A stretch of 64,000 bases of DNA from Halarcobacter sp. (GCA_963676565.1 OY781089.1:992001-1056000), one strand, 5' to 3'; positions 21,825-32,763 are shown, numbered from the stretch's first letter. Numbers and translations are program-made. Notes: generated by a model not told the origin, from the letters alone.

Positions 21825-23223
21825 GATATTCTTTTTCTGTGTTTATATTCCATAAGGTATCTTTGTTTTTATTTTTGATTAAACAATCTACTGCTTCAAA
21901 ACTTGTCATCATAGAATGATCCATATTATTATATCTATGTTGACCATTTCTTCCAATACAAAATAAATTATCAAAGTTATTGAGATAGTTCTTTATTTCA
22001 TCAAATCTGTTATATGAACCAAAATAAGAAGGGTAGGCTTTTTTAACTTTTAATTGAACACTATCTAGCACCTCCTCTTTATTGATTAATTCAAGCTTTT
22101 CTAATTCATTAATTGCAAAGTTTTTAAAATCTTCTTCAGTCATTTCCCAAAGTTCATCATTTTCATTACAAAAATATTCTAATCCTATCCATGTTGTATT
22201 CTTATCTTTAACTAAAAAAGGTGACCAATTATTGAAAATTTGTAGTCTTCCTATTTTTACATCTGGCTCTTGAATATAAATCCAGTTATCTTTTAACTTA
22301 TTTAATTTACTTTTATTTAGTAGTATTCCAACTGTTATAAAATCTCTATACTCTAAGTTATCTGCAAGTTCTTTAATCTCATAAGATACATTATATAAAG
22401 TATTAATTAAATCTTTTATTGGCATTGAAGAAAAAATATAATCAAATTCATATGTGTTTTTTTTGGTTTTTAATTTAGTGATTTTAGAATTATCTGTTTC
22501 TAAAGCAATTACTTTTTCATTAAATATTATATTTCCACCATTGGATTTAATTTTATCTGCTACAGACTCCCAAAGTTGGCCTGGTCCATATTTTGGATAC
22601 TTGAATTGTTCAATTAAAGAAGTTTCAATATTTTTTGAATTAAGATTCCCAAAACTTTTCTTAAATATGTGAATTAAAACAGATCTAATTGATAATCCTT
22701 TAACTCTTTGATAGCCAAATAATGCAGCTATTTTATTGCAAGGAACGCCCCATACTTTTTCTGTATAGTCTCTAAAAAAAGTAGCATATAATTGAAATCC
22801 AAACCTATTTATAAAAAAATCTTCTAAAGTTTTTTCTTCCCTTTTAAGAATTATTGCTTTTAGATATGAAAGACCAATTTTGATAAATCTAGTAAAGCCT
22901 ATATTTTTTATTGTATTTTTGTTTAATGTAACGGGATAATCGTAAAATTTTCTTTCATATAAAATTCTTGATTTTCTATCTCGTATTAAAAACTCTTCAT
23001 CTAAAACTTCATTCCACCATTTATTAACTTTTTTTATTTTACTAAAAAATCTATGACCTCCAATATCAATTCTATTACCATTATGATAATAAGTCTTAGA
23101 TATACCACCAATAAACTCTGATTCTTCTAAAATTGTAACATTATATTTATTCATTTTTAGTAGTTCATAAGCAGCAGTTAAACCAGCAGGTCCAGCACCT
23201 ATAATTATAATTTTTTCTTTCAT
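21796..23223 (-). CDS. FAD-dependent oxidoreductase, UDP-galactopyranose-mutase-like family associated with glycan loci
   Basis: [61 protein letters not shown]. Confidence 0.8.
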   Translation of the reverse strand: MKEKIIIIGAGPAGLTAAYELLKMNKYNVTILEESEFIGGISKTYYHNGNRIDIGGHRFFSKIKKVNKWWNEVLDEEFLIRDRKSRILYERKFYDYPVTLNKNTIKNIGFTRFIKIGLSYLKAIILKREEKTLEDFFINRFGFQLYATFFRDYTEKVWGVPCNKIAALFGYQRVKGLSIRSVLIHIFKKSFGNLNSKNIETSLIEQFKYPKYGPGQLWESVADKIKSNGGNIIFNEKVIALETDNSKITKLKTKKNTYEFDYIFSSMPIKDLINTLYNVSYEIKELADNLEYRDFITVGILLNKSKLNKLKDNWIYIQEPDVKIGRLQIFNNWSPFLVKDKNTTWIGLEYFCNENDELWEMTEEDFKNFAINELEKLELINKEEVLDSVQLKVKKAYPSYFGSYNRFDEIKNYLNNFDNLFCIGRNGQHRYNNMDHSMMTSFEAVDCLIKNKNKDTLWNINTEKEYHESTKSTKI

Positions 23224-23329
23224 AAAGACCTTATAGTTTTATTTTCTTTTAGATAAAATAAGTGATTATACTTAAGGAATTATTATAGAATTATTTAATC
23301 GTACAGAAATAAAAAAGATAACTAATATA

Positions 23330-24586
23330 TTGTTCTTTTTTCTTATTATCACAATTTTTTTATTTCATCCTGTACCAACTATTTTAGACTATAAAATAAC
23401 AAGTTTTAAATTTGTCCCTTATAGTGAGATTATTTTTATATTGATAATAATATTAAGTTTTTTTTCTTTAGAAAAAAAAATATTTTTTGTAAATATTTTA
23501 AGGGATAAGATTTCAAGAGTTTTTATGTTGATGTTTTTAATATTTCTCTTTGGAATAACATGGTCAACAGATAAAACAAATAGTATAATAATTTTTAAAT
23601 CAGTTAGTTATTTACTAATAGTTCCAATTTTAATAGTAACTTTGAAGAAATCAACAGCCAAATATTTACTTTTCTTTTTATTATTAATGACTATTGTTTC
23701 AGCAAGTATGACAAACATTTTGTATTTTTCTAATTTGAGTTTAGATTTGGAAATAAAATTAACGAATGTTTCCCCTTTTATAAATAATATGTATTATGGA
23801 ACAATTTTATCTCTCTCTTTTATTTATTTTTTTATCAATTTTAATTTTAAAGATAAACTATTTATTATTTTAATCAATCTATTTTCAATGTTTGCTATTT
23901 TTACTTCAATGTCAATTATTTGTAATAGAAGTAGTTTAATAGGAATGTTAGTTGCCATTTCTATTTATTTATGGTTTAGAAATAATACTTATTTTTTATT
24001 AAAAAGGTTAGGGGTTATTTTAGTTACTGTTTTATCATTATTAATCTATAGCAATTTAATAAATCCTGGCTGTGGATTAAAGTTTTTCAATATGGAGAAA
24101 TCACTTTCTAAAGAGATAAGTGGGAAAAGAACAGGTACAAGTTTAGGTTGCAGATTAAATTATATAGAAAATTCAATAGAATTGATTAAAGAGAATCCTA
24201 TTATAGGGGTAGGAACTGGGGATAGCTTATATTCCATGAAAAATCATTTTGGAGAAGATGTCTATTTGGATATTGTTACTAAACCTTGTTATTTAGGGCC
24301 ACATAATCAAATCTTTTATTTTGATAATCATAATATGTACTTAACAATGTTAATGCTTTTTGGTCCTTTAGGATTAATTGTTTTTATTTATTTTTTCTAT
24401 GAGATTTTTAGAGTAGGTGTGATATTAAATTCATGGGAATTAAAGTCAATTATTATAATTGTTTCATTAGCCTCAATTCCTATAACACTATTTTATACAA
24501 GTAGTAATTTTGTATTATTTTTTTCTTTTTATGTAAGTCTTTTATATATTGTAAAAAAAGATTCATTTACCAATGAGAATTCTTAA
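23330..24586 (+). CDS. O-antigen ligase / oligosaccharyltransferase family (Wzy_C-type) membrane protein
   Basis: Many TM helices; NRSSL; periplasmic loop TSLGCR...IKENPIIGVGTG...HNMYL; the true start may be upstream (see findings). Confidence 0.82.
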   Translation: MFFFLIITIFLFHPVPTILDYKITSFKFVPYSEIIFILIIILSFFSLEKKIFFVNILRDKISRVFMLMFLIFLFGITWSTDKTNSIIIFKSVSYLLIVPILIVTLKKSTAKYLLFFLLLMTIVSASMTNILYFSNLSLDLEIKLTNVSPFINNMYYGTILSLSFIYFFINFNFKDKLFIILINLFSMFAIFTSMSIICNRSSLIGMLVAISIYLWFRNNTYFLLKRLGVILVTVLSLLIYSNLINPGCGLKFFNMEKSLSKEISGKRTGTSLGCRLNYIENSIELIKENPIIGVGTGDSLYSMKNHFGEDVYLDIVTKPCYLGPHNQIFYFDNHNMYLTMLMLFGPLGLIVFIYFFYEIFRVGVILNSWELKSIIIIVSLASIPITLFYTSSNFVLFFSFYVSLLYIVKKDSFTNENS

Positions 24587-24944
24587 ATACTTTTTTGTTG
24601 GTGGAACTGCCGCAATAGTTGATGTAGGTTTATTTTTAATCTTTACTAAACTCTTTGATTACAATTATTTAGCTGTAGGTTTTTTTTCATTTATCCTTGC
24701 AACTTTTGTTAATTATTATTTGAGTATCAGATTTGTTTTTGAAAGTGGTAAAAGATTTAAAAAATCTCATGAAATTATTTTAATTTATATAGTGAGTGGA
24801 ACAAGCCTAGTTTTAAATCTAGTATTATTATATTTAATCCATGAAAAGCTGAATATAGAAGTAGGGATATCTAAAATTATAGTAACAGGTATTTTATTTT
24901 TTTATAATTATTTAATAAGAAGATTTTTTGTTTTTCATAAATGA
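24573..24944 (+). CDS. GtrA-family flippase
   Basis: 123 aa, 4 TM helices; KYFFVGGTAAIVD, NYYLSIRFVF, NYLIRRFFVF. Confidence 0.9.
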   Translation: MRILKYFFVGGTAAIVDVGLFLIFTKLFDYNYLAVGFFSFILATFVNYYLSIRFVFESGKRFKKSHEIILIYIVSGTSLVLNLVLLYLIHEKLNIEVGISKIIVTGILFFYNYLIRRFFVFHK

Positions 24945-25480
24945 TTTTTCAATTTCTCAACACAAAGTCCCATAGCAGTACTTTCATACCCCGTAACACT
25001 TTTAATATATGGTTTACAAAAGCCTTCCACCATAATAGCTCCTGCTTTTCCAAAGCATTCACCAGATTTGATATATTCCACCATATGGTTTTTATCAAAT
25101 TTTTCAAATTCATAAGTTGTAATAGATATATCAATAACTTCTTTTTTTTGTGACTTAAAAATCATACAAGTTATAACAGAGGTTTCACTTCCACTTTGAA
25201 GTTCAAGCATTCTTCTTGCATCATCTTCATCTTTTGCTTTTCTTAAAAGTTCACCTTGTGAAGTTACAACAGAATCAGCAACTAACAATGGCATATCATC
25301 GCAACCATATTTTTTATATAGTTCATTATATTTTCCTAAAGTTGCTTGATAAACAAAAGATTTAGGATTGTTTGTTGTAATTGAATCTTCATCAAAATCT
25401 CCACCATTTTGTATAAAATCAATATTGTGAGTTCTTAAAATAAGTGCTCTAGTAGAAGAGTTTGAACCAAGTCTAATCAA
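24935..25480 (-). CDS. maf: Maf nucleoside triphosphate pyrophosphatase
   Basis: LGSNSSTR, FDE, VADSVV, LRKAKD, GKAGA, MGL. Confidence 0.9.
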   Translation of the reverse strand: MIRLGSNSSTRALILRTHNIDFIQNGGDFDEDSITTNNPKSFVYQATLGKYNELYKKYGCDDMPLLVADSVVTSQGELLRKAKDEDDARRMLELQSGSETSVITCMIFKSQKKEVIDISITTYEFEKFDKNHMVEYIKSGECFGKAGAIMVEGFCKPYIKSVTGYESTAMGLCVEKLKNHL

Positions 25481-25570
25481 ATTATAACTACCTTTTTTTA
25501 TTTGAAGTATACTAAAAAGTTATAAAATATTAACTTTCATATTTTCATAGAAGATAGGATATAATTTCCG

Positions 25571-26854
25571 ATGAAAAAAATTAACACCATATCAGGCTTT
25601 TTAATATTCTTATCTTTTTTAGTAACTGTTTTTAGCTATTTTTTTTATTCTCAATTATTTATTTTATCTGGGATTTTAGCTTGGATATCTTTATTTTTAT
25701 TGTTTAACAAAACTTCAAATAAAAAGTTACTAATCTCCCTTTTAGTTTTATCTATGATTAGTTTTATGTTTAGCTTTTTAAAAGGCTTTGATATTGATTT
25801 TCAAAGGGCTATTTTGGTTAATCAATACTTATTAGTACTTTTAATAGGAGTTGGTTTTTTAAGGCTTATTGCAAGCCCAAAGGAAACAAAAATAAAAGAT
25901 TTACCAAGGGGCAGAAATTCATTTCTAAAAACATATTTTGGGGTACATCTTTTTGGTTCAGTAATAAACTTATCCTCTTTTATTTTAGTTGCTGATAAAC
26001 TTTATAAAAAAGCATCATTAACAAAACTTCAAGTTTTAGTTCTTAGTCGTGCTTTTTCTTCCGATGCCTTTTGGTCACCTTTTTTTGTTGCCTTTGCTGC
26101 TGCATTAACCTATGCACCAAATTTAAAAGCTTCTACAATACTTCCTTTGGGGATTGTTTTGGCAATTATTGCCTTTGTAATAACATATTTAGAGGTTTTA
26201 TTAAAATATGATTTTAAAGATTTTCAAGGATATCCTATAAATTTTGAATCTTTGTATATCCCTTTTTTATTAGCTTTATTTGTTTTAATAACAAATCATT
26301 ATTTCCCAAATACAAAAGTAATATTACTTATTGCACTATTTTCTTTGATTCTAACAATATTGATTTTACCACTAAAAGAGGGATTTAAAAACTCATTTAA
26401 AATGTTAGATACTCACATTAAAACAGAACTTCCTAATATGAAAAATGAACTTTCACTTTTTTTAGTAGCTGGTTTATTTGGAGTTAGTATTAGTTCGATT
26501 ATAGTTGGTTTAAATATTGCTTTCCCCTTAGAAAGTTTTGACGGAATAGGGGCATCAATATTACTTTTGGTATTTATTCTTTTATCTTTTATAGGAATTC
26601 ATCCAATTATTACAATTGCAATTATAGGTAATTGGATTAATGAATTAAACCATACGTTACTTGCAGTAACATTTCTTATGTCTTGGTCTATTGCAGTATC
26701 AACATCCCCATTTAGCGGCCTTAATTTGACTATCCAGTCAAGATATAAATTAATTGCCTGGGATATTTTTAAAATTAACCTTCCATATACCATTAAAATG
26801 TACTTTGTGTGTGTTATAATCTTGAATATACTAGCTAAATATTTAGGAATTTAA
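25571..26854 (+). CDS. Uncharacterised multi-pass membrane protein (transporter-like)
   Basis: 12 or more hydrophobic segments; WSPFF and GIHP motifs; stop/start overlap with the next gene. Confidence 0.6.
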   Translation: MKKINTISGFLIFLSFLVTVFSYFFYSQLFILSGILAWISLFLLFNKTSNKKLLISLLVLSMISFMFSFLKGFDIDFQRAILVNQYLLVLLIGVGFLRLIASPKETKIKDLPRGRNSFLKTYFGVHLFGSVINLSSFILVADKLYKKASLTKLQVLVLSRAFSSDAFWSPFFVAFAAALTYAPNLKASTILPLGIVLAIIAFVITYLEVLLKYDFKDFQGYPINFESLYIPFLLALFVLITNHYFPNTKVILLIALFSLILTILILPLKEGFKNSFKMLDTHIKTELPNMKNELSLFLVAGLFGVSISSIIVGLNIAFPLESFDGIGASILLLVFILLSFIGIHPIITIAIIGNWINELNHTLLAVTFLMSWSIAVSTSPFSGLNLTIQSRYKLIAWDIFKINLPYTIKMYFVCVIILNILAKYLGI

Positions 26855-27780
26855 TGAACATACTTTTTATAATACTAGGGAAAATATTTCCTTTGTATCT
26901 AACAATTGCTGCAGGTTATATTCTAACAAGGTATTTTAAAATTAAAAGGGAACAAATAGCTTTTTTACTTGTTTATATATTAGGTCCTGTAGTTATCTTT
27001 TTTGCAGTTTTATCTATTGAGATTAATATTCAATTGGTTTTCTTACCAGTTTTTATTTTTCTTTTTGGAAGTTCAATAGCTTTTTTTATTCTACATAAAT
27101 ATAAACATACATGGAAAGATCCTAGTGTAAATACCCTGGCTTTTACTTGTGGTACTGGAAACACAGGATATTTTGGTATTCCACTTGCAATGATTTTACT
27201 TGAACCAAGCGCTGCAAATATATTTATTTTTGGAACTTTAGCTTCCCTTTTATATGAAAATACAACAGGTTTTTATGTTACTGCAAAAGGCAGTTTCACA
27301 GGTAAGCAATCTATACTTAAGATTCTTAAATTGCCACTTTTATACGCTTTTATTGCTGGACTTTCTTTTAACCTTGTTGGTTTTAGAACTCCTGAATTTA
27401 TAATCCCATATTTTGAAAATCTAAAATGGGCATATGGACTTTTAGGTATGATGATGCTTGGAATGGGGATGAAAGGTTTTAATCTTCATGAGGATTTTGA
27501 TAAGAAGTATATAAAAATTGCCTATTTTTATAAGTTTATTTTTTGGCCAGTAGTTGTATTGGCAATAATTTTTATTGATAAGAGTTTTATTCATTTTCTA
27601 AATGAAGAGATTTATCAAGTTATGTTTTTATTTTCAATTGTACCACTTGCAGGAAATACTGTAACTTTAGCAGTATTATTAAAAGCAAAACCAGAAAAAG
27701 CTTCTTTTACAGTACTTTTATCAACTTTGATTTCTGTTGTGTATATTCCAGTAGTATTGGCTTTATATGGAGGGTTTTAG
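26854..27780 (+). CDS. AEC (auxin efflux carrier) family transporter
   Basis: GNTGYFGIPL; 10-TM pattern. Confidence 0.85.
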   Translation: MNILFIILGKIFPLYLTIAAGYILTRYFKIKREQIAFLLVYILGPVVIFFAVLSIEINIQLVFLPVFIFLFGSSIAFFILHKYKHTWKDPSVNTLAFTCGTGNTGYFGIPLAMILLEPSAANIFIFGTLASLLYENTTGFYVTAKGSFTGKQSILKILKLPLLYAFIAGLSFNLVGFRTPEFIIPYFENLKWAYGLLGMMMLGMGMKGFNLHEDFDKKYIKIAYFYKFIFWPVVVLAIIFIDKSFIHFLNEEIYQVMFLFSIVPLAGNTVTLAVLLKAKPEKASFTVLLSTLISVVYIPVVLALYGGF

Positions 27781-28307
27781 TAAATAACTCTTTGTATTTT
27801 CCAAAATTTATCTTGATAATATCCATTATCCATATGAGATATAGTTACTCCATGTTTAGTTGATGCATGTAAAAACTTGCCAGATTCCAAATATATTCCC
27901 ACATGTCTAGTATTAAAACCTGTTTTAAAAAATATTAAATCCCCAAGTTCAAGTTCCTCCATTGATATATTTTTACCAAATGAGGATTGATATTTTGTGG
28001 TTCTAGGGATTTTGATATGTAATTTATCTCTAAAAGTTCTTTGCACAAAGGCAGAGCAATCTATACCATTTTTGCTATTTCCTCCATACTTATATTTTAC
28101 ACCTTTCCATTCATTATATTGATTGTACAAAGCATCATATAGCTTACTATAGCTTAAGTTTTCAGTGATTTTATAATCGTAATTTGATTTAAGGGGGAAA
28201 GATTTGTTGTAGTTAAAACTTTCACTTCTGTAATGATTTTTTGTACTACAAGCTTGAAAAGTTAAAAGAATAAAAAATAGAGTAAAAAAAGTTTTTTTTA
28301 AAGCCAT
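27777..28307 (-). CDS. NlpC/P60 cell-wall peptidase lipoprotein
   Basis: Lipobox FQAC; YKYGG..GIDCSAF, GDLIFF, HVGIY, FLHAS. Confidence 0.92.
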   Translation of the reverse strand: MALKKTFFTLFFILLTFQACSTKNHYRSESFNYNKSFPLKSNYDYKITENLSYSKLYDALYNQYNEWKGVKYKYGGNSKNGIDCSAFVQRTFRDKLHIKIPRTTKYQSSFGKNISMEELELGDLIFFKTGFNTRHVGIYLESGKFLHASTKHGVTISHMDNGYYQDKFWKIQRVIY

Positions 28308-28366
28308 ATTGATACCTAGGTTTTTTCTTTATTTTAATTGAATCTCACTTAAATTTTTAATATATT

Positions 28367-28375
28367 TGTTATAAT
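28367..28375 (+). promoter_or_regulatory. Extended -10 (TGTTATAAT) for the SIMPL gene
   Basis: Exact TGnTATAAT upstream of the AAGGA RBS. Confidence 0.55.
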
Positions 28376-28401
28376 CCAATAGATAACTAAAAAGGATATA
28401 T

Positions 28402-29115
28402 ATGCAAAACAGTATAAAACCAATGTTAATATTAGGTATAGCAATATTTTTAGGACTTTTTTCCTTAGGTTATTTTATCTTTACAAGTGTTATTAATTAT
28501 AAGCAATATGACAGAACCGTTACAGTAAAAGGTTTATCGCAAAAGCAATACAATGCTGATGTTGTTTTATGGCCAATTAAATTTGAAACACCTGATACAA
28601 ATCTTTCAAATTTAAATGAAAGAATAGAAAACTATACATCTATAATTTTAAAGTTTTTAAAAGAGAATAATATTTCAGATAAAGAGATAACTATAAAGCC
28701 GCCATCAATTACAGATAAATCAGCAAACGATTATGGAAACAAAAACTATCAATATAGATATTTAGGAACAAGAACCATAAATATTTATTCAAAAGATGTA
28801 GCTAAGATTCGAGAGACTATCTCTAAGTTAACAAAACTAAATAAAAAAGGGATTGTTTTTAAAATAAATGATTATGATACTAGAATTGAGTATATTTTTA
28901 CTAGATTAAATGAAGTAAAACCTTTAATGATTGAAGAGTCAACAAAAAAAGCTAGAGAGGTTGCTTTGAAATTTGCTAAGGATTCTAATAGTAAATTAGG
29001 AAAAATTAGGAAAGCTAGACAAGGTCAATTTTCAATTTTTGATAGGGATAAAAACACCCCTTATATAAAAACAGTTAGAGTTGTTTCTACGGTTGAGTAT
29101 TATTTGAGTGACTAA
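28402..29115 (+). CDS. SIMPL domain (DUF541) protein
   Basis: RTVTVKGLS, ADVVLWP, FAKDSNSKLGKIRKARQG, RVVSTVEY. Confidence 0.88.
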   Translation: MQNSIKPMLILGIAIFLGLFSLGYFIFTSVINYKQYDRTVTVKGLSQKQYNADVVLWPIKFETPDTNLSNLNERIENYTSIILKFLKENNISDKEITIKPPSITDKSANDYGNKNYQYRYLGTRTINIYSKDVAKIRETISKLTKLNKKGIVFKINDYDTRIEYIFTRLNEVKPLMIEESTKKAREVALKFAKDSNSKLGKIRKARQGQFSIFDRDKNTPYIKTVRVVSTVEYYLSD

Positions 29116-29136
29116 GAGGATTAAAATCCTCTTAGT
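29111..29136. terminator. Hairpin between convergent genes
   Basis: ACTAAGAGGATT-aa-AATCCTCTTAGT. Confidence 0.55.
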
Positions 29137-29600
29137 GTAACTCCTAGAAAAATAGCTATAAGACCTAAAACTATATTTATAGGGATTAGATAATTTGCTA
29201 TTGGAAGTAATTTTTCTTTTGCAATTGGTAATGCACCTTCATCAAAAGCTTTTTGTGCTTGTTTTCTTTTTATAAAAATTACAATAAATATAATTGTCAT
29301 AACTGTCCAAATTACCTCTTTTGCAATAACAAAATTATATAAAGGTGTTCCTTTAAATCCTAAGGCAATTATCATAATTATTGCAGTTGCAAGCAAAATT
29401 ATAATTGAAGGAATAACCATATTAAAAAATCTTCTTAAAGATTCTAATGTTCTTCCTAGTTTTATTTTTGGGTCATCTATTTCTTGCATTGAGTAGTGAA
29501 CAGCAAGTCTAATTGCTATCATCCCTCCTACCCAAATCACTGCAGAAATTACATGTAAAAATACGATTACTGCAGAAAAATTTGCAAATAATGATTCCAT
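29121..29600 (-). CDS. CopD-like / DUF 4-TM membrane protein
   Basis: FLHVISAVIWVGGM motif; 4 TM helices; directly downstream of alaS. Confidence 0.6.
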   Translation of the reverse strand: MESLFANFSAVIVFLHVISAVIWVGGMIAIRLAVHYSMQEIDDPKIKLGRTLESLRRFFNMVIPSIIILLATAIIMIIALGFKGTPLYNFVIAKEVIWTVMTIIFIVIFIKRKQAQKAFDEGALPIAKEKLLPIANYLIPINIVLGLIAIFLGVTLRGF

Positions 29601-29601
29601 C

Positions 29602-32157
29602 TTATAAGTTATCCATCACAAATTTTTTAGCAGCTTCTTTTGCTTCTTCTATTTTTGAAACATCTTTACCACCAGCTTGTGCGAAGTCAGGTCTTCCACC
29701 TCCACCTCCACCAACAACTGGAGCAACCGCTTTAATCCAATCACCAGCTTTTACAGCTGTATTTTTAGAACCAGCTACAAGCATAACTTTTTCACCTTTT
29801 GCTTGGATTAGTAAGATTGCAACTTTTTCATTTCCATTTTTGTAATCATCAACTATTTTTTTAATATCGCCATTTTTAACAATATCAACAACAACTTTTG
29901 TATCCCCTACCATCTCTTCATTAATAGGTGTTGCACTTTGACTTTGAGCCTCTTCAAGTTCTTTTTTAAGTTCTTTAATCTGATCTTTTAGTTTTTTAAT
30001 TCCTAAAACAGCATCTTTATTTTTAACTTCGCTAATAACTTCATTTAAAGTTGAAAGAGCATCTTTTGTGTATTTTGTTGCTGCAAGTCCACATACTGCT
30101 TCTATTCTTCTTACTCCAGCACTTACACCTGATTCTTTTGTAATATAAAAGCTTCCAATATCATGGGCATTTTTAACATGTGTTCCACCACAAAATTCTA
30201 CTGATACATCTCCAAAGCTAACTACTCTTACCATATCACTATATTTTTCACCAAACATAGCAATAGCACCTTTTTGTTTAGCTTCATCTATTGGTAGTTC
30301 TTCTACATCACCACTTAAGCCTCTTGCAATCATAGAATTTACTAAATCTTCAACCTCTTCAATTTGGTTCTCTGTCATAGCCTTAGGATATGTGAAGTCA
30401 AATCTTAATCTTGAAGCATCATTAAGTGAACCTGCTTGAGAAACAGTATCTCCTAACACCATTTTTAAAGCACTTTGTAAAAGGTGAGTTGCAGAGTGAT
30501 GTTTTGCTATTTCGTATCTATTTACAACAACAGCATCAACATTTTCATCAACATTTAAATCTGAACTTTCTACTTTTACTTTTGAAAGGTTTATACCATG
30601 AAATTTTTGTGTATCTTCAACAATAGCAATATGTCTATTATCTTCTAATGCTCCAATATCTCCACTTTGTCCACCACTTGTTGCATAAAATGGAGTTTTG
30701 TCAAGCATTACCCAACCAGTTTGTCCCTTTGTTAGTTTTGAAACTTCATTAAAGCTTTCATCTAATAGTGCAACTATTTTACTTTTGTATGAGACATTAT
30801 CATATCCAACAAATTCATTTACACCATATTTCTCAAGTAATGTTTTAAAATCACCTTCTAATGCAGCATCTCCACTACCTTTCCATGCAGCTTTAGCTTT
30901 TTTCTTTTGCTCTGCCATAAGTGCATCAAATTTTTCAACATCAACTTCAATGTTTTTATCCCTTAACATATCTTGTGTTAAGTCTAAAGGGAAACCTTTT
31001 TCGTCATATAATTTAAATGCAATTTCACCTGAAAATAAATCTTTTGTATTTGTTAATTCTTCATTAAATAGTGTCATACCTGAGTCAATTGTTTTAAAGA
31101 ATCTTTCTTCTTCTAAAGTCATTTGCTCTTTTACATACTCTTTTTGTTCAACTAATTCACTATAGTGATGACCCATAATATCACATAAACTATCATAAAG
31201 TTCAGCCATAAATGGTTTTCTAAATCCTAAAAGATATCCATGTCTAACGGCTCTTCTCATAATTCTTCTATTTACGTAAGGTCTTCCTTCGTTTCCAAAT
31301 AAAATTCCTTGAGAAAGCATAAATGCATTTGCTCTTAGGTGATCAGCAATTACTCTATATGAACCTATATTTTCTTTAGTAGCAGCTTTTCCAGCTAAGC
31401 TTTCAAGTTTTTTAATAATTGGCTGAAAATTTGAAGAATCAAAGTTGTTTAAAACTCCTTCTTTAATTGCCATAACTCTTTCAAGTCCCATTCCTGTATC
31501 AATTGAAGGTTTTGGAAGAGGAGTTCTTGTTCCATCACTGCTTTGTTCATACTGCATAAATACCAAGTTCCAAATTTCTAGGAATCTGTCACCATCTCCA
31601 CCCATTTTATCTTCTGGACCATTGAAATTTTCTTCACCTTGGTCATAGAAAATTTCAGAACAAGGACCACATGGACCTGTATCTCCCATAGACCAAAAGT
31701 TGTCTTTATCTCCAAATCTTAAGATTCTACTAGAATCAATATGTTTAGTCCAAATATCAAAGGCTTCATCATCACTGTCATGAACAGTTACCCAAAGCTT
31801 CTCAATAGGTAACTCTAGATTTACTGTAATAAACTCCCATGCATATGCAATTGCATCCTCTTTAAAATAATCACCAAAAGAAAAATTCCCTAACATCTCA
31901 AATAATGTATGGTGACGTGCTGTATAACCAACATTCTCCAAGTCATTATGTTTACCACCAGCTCTTACACATAGCTGACAAGATGTTGCAGTTGGATTTT
32001 TAGGTTTTGGAACTGCACCTGTAAATATATCTTTAAATTGAACCATACCTGCATTTGTAAACATTAATGTAGGGTCATCAGGAACTAAAGGCATTGATGA
32101 GATAATCTCATGACCTTTACCTTTAAAAAATTCTAAATACTCTTTTCTTATATCCAT
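29602..32157 (-). CDS. alaS: Alanine--tRNA ligase
   Basis: [58 protein letters not shown]. Confidence 0.99.
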   Translation of the reverse strand: MDIRKEYLEFFKGKGHEIISSMPLVPDDPTLMFTNAGMVQFKDIFTGAVPKPKNPTATSCQLCVRAGGKHNDLENVGYTARHHTLFEMLGNFSFGDYFKEDAIAYAWEFITVNLELPIEKLWVTVHDSDDEAFDIWTKHIDSSRILRFGDKDNFWSMGDTGPCGPCSEIFYDQGEENFNGPEDKMGGDGDRFLEIWNLVFMQYEQSSDGTRTPLPKPSIDTGMGLERVMAIKEGVLNNFDSSNFQPIIKKLESLAGKAATKENIGSYRVIADHLRANAFMLSQGILFGNEGRPYVNRRIMRRAVRHGYLLGFRKPFMAELYDSLCDIMGHHYSELVEQKEYVKEQMTLEEERFFKTIDSGMTLFNEELTNTKDLFSGEIAFKLYDEKGFPLDLTQDMLRDKNIEVDVEKFDALMAEQKKKAKAAWKGSGDAALEGDFKTLLEKYGVNEFVGYDNVSYKSKIVALLDESFNEVSKLTKGQTGWVMLDKTPFYATSGGQSGDIGALEDNRHIAIVEDTQKFHGINLSKVKVESSDLNVDENVDAVVVNRYEIAKHHSATHLLQSALKMVLGDTVSQAGSLNDASRLRFDFTYPKAMTENQIEEVEDLVNSMIARGLSGDVEELPIDEAKQKGAIAMFGEKYSDMVRVVSFGDVSVEFCGGTHVKNAHDIGSFYITKESGVSAGVRRIEAVCGLAATKYTKDALSTLNEVISEVKNKDAVLGIKKLKDQIKELKKELEEAQSQSATPINEEMVGDTKVVVDIVKNGDIKKIVDDYKNGNEKVAILLIQAKGEKVMLVAGSKNTAVKAGDWIKAVAPVVGGGGGGRPDFAQAGGKDVSKIEEAKEAAKKFVMDNL

Positions 32158-32322
32158 TTATTCTGTCCATTTAATTAGTTTTTACTAACATTATAATTTG
32201 CGCCTATTGTAACCAAAATATTATTTATGAAAGATTAGTGAAGTCTTTATACGTTGATTTAAGTTTTATAGAGTATAATTTACTACTTTTACATAAAAAA
32301 TACATAAATAAAGGAATTTAAA

Positions 32323-32640
32323 ATGGGTAAATATATAGATTTAACTCCTGAAAACTTTGAAGAAGTTACAAACTCTGGTGTATCAATGGTAGATTTCTGG
32401 GCTCCATGGTGTGGACCTTGTAGAATGGTTGCCCCAATTATTGAAGAATTAGCAGAAGAGTTTGAAGGTAAAGCTAACATTTGTAAAGTTAATACAGATG
32501 AGCAACAAGATTTAGCTGTTAAATATGGAATTAGATCTATTCCAACTATTATCTTTGTTAAAGATGGAGAGATAGTTGATCAAATGGTAGGTGCTGCATC
32601 TAAACAAGCATTCGCTGATAAAATCAACTCATTTTTATAA
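32323..32640 (+). CDS. trxA: Thioredoxin (copy 1)
   Basis: WAPWCGPC; cis-Pro SIPT. Confidence 0.97.
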   Translation: MGKYIDLTPENFEEVTNSGVSMVDFWAPWCGPCRMVAPIIEELAEEFEGKANICKVNTDEQQDLAVKYGIRSIPTIIFVKDGEIVDQMVGAASKQAFADKINSFL

Positions 32641-32663
32641 TAGTTATAAAAATCAATAAACTT

Positions 32664-32689
32664 AAGCAAGACTTAGTCTTGCTTTTTTT
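32664..32689 (+). terminator. Rho-independent terminator after trxA copy 1
   Basis: AAGCAAGAC-tta-GTCTTGCTT plus T run. Confidence 0.8.
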
Positions 32690-32763
32690 ATCTATTTCTT
32701 AATTTGGATATTATTTATTAAATGATAAAATTTTTCCAATAAAACATAAAAAGGAAAAATAAA

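Noticed and set aside
21796..23223. Protoporphyrinogen oxidase (hemY) or canonical glf call
   Set aside because: Only the FAD fold is shared; motifs and context fit the glycan-locus flavoprotein family, so no symbol was assigned
23458..23480. T8 and A9 homopolymers in the ligase gene as phase-variation tracts
   Set aside because: Such runs are common in DNA this AT-rich, the frame is intact, and no long poly-G/C tract was seen
9187..24944. Tad/glyco block as a mobile element or prophage
   Set aside because: No integrase, transposase, tRNA or flanking direct repeat seen; horizontal origin remains unproven
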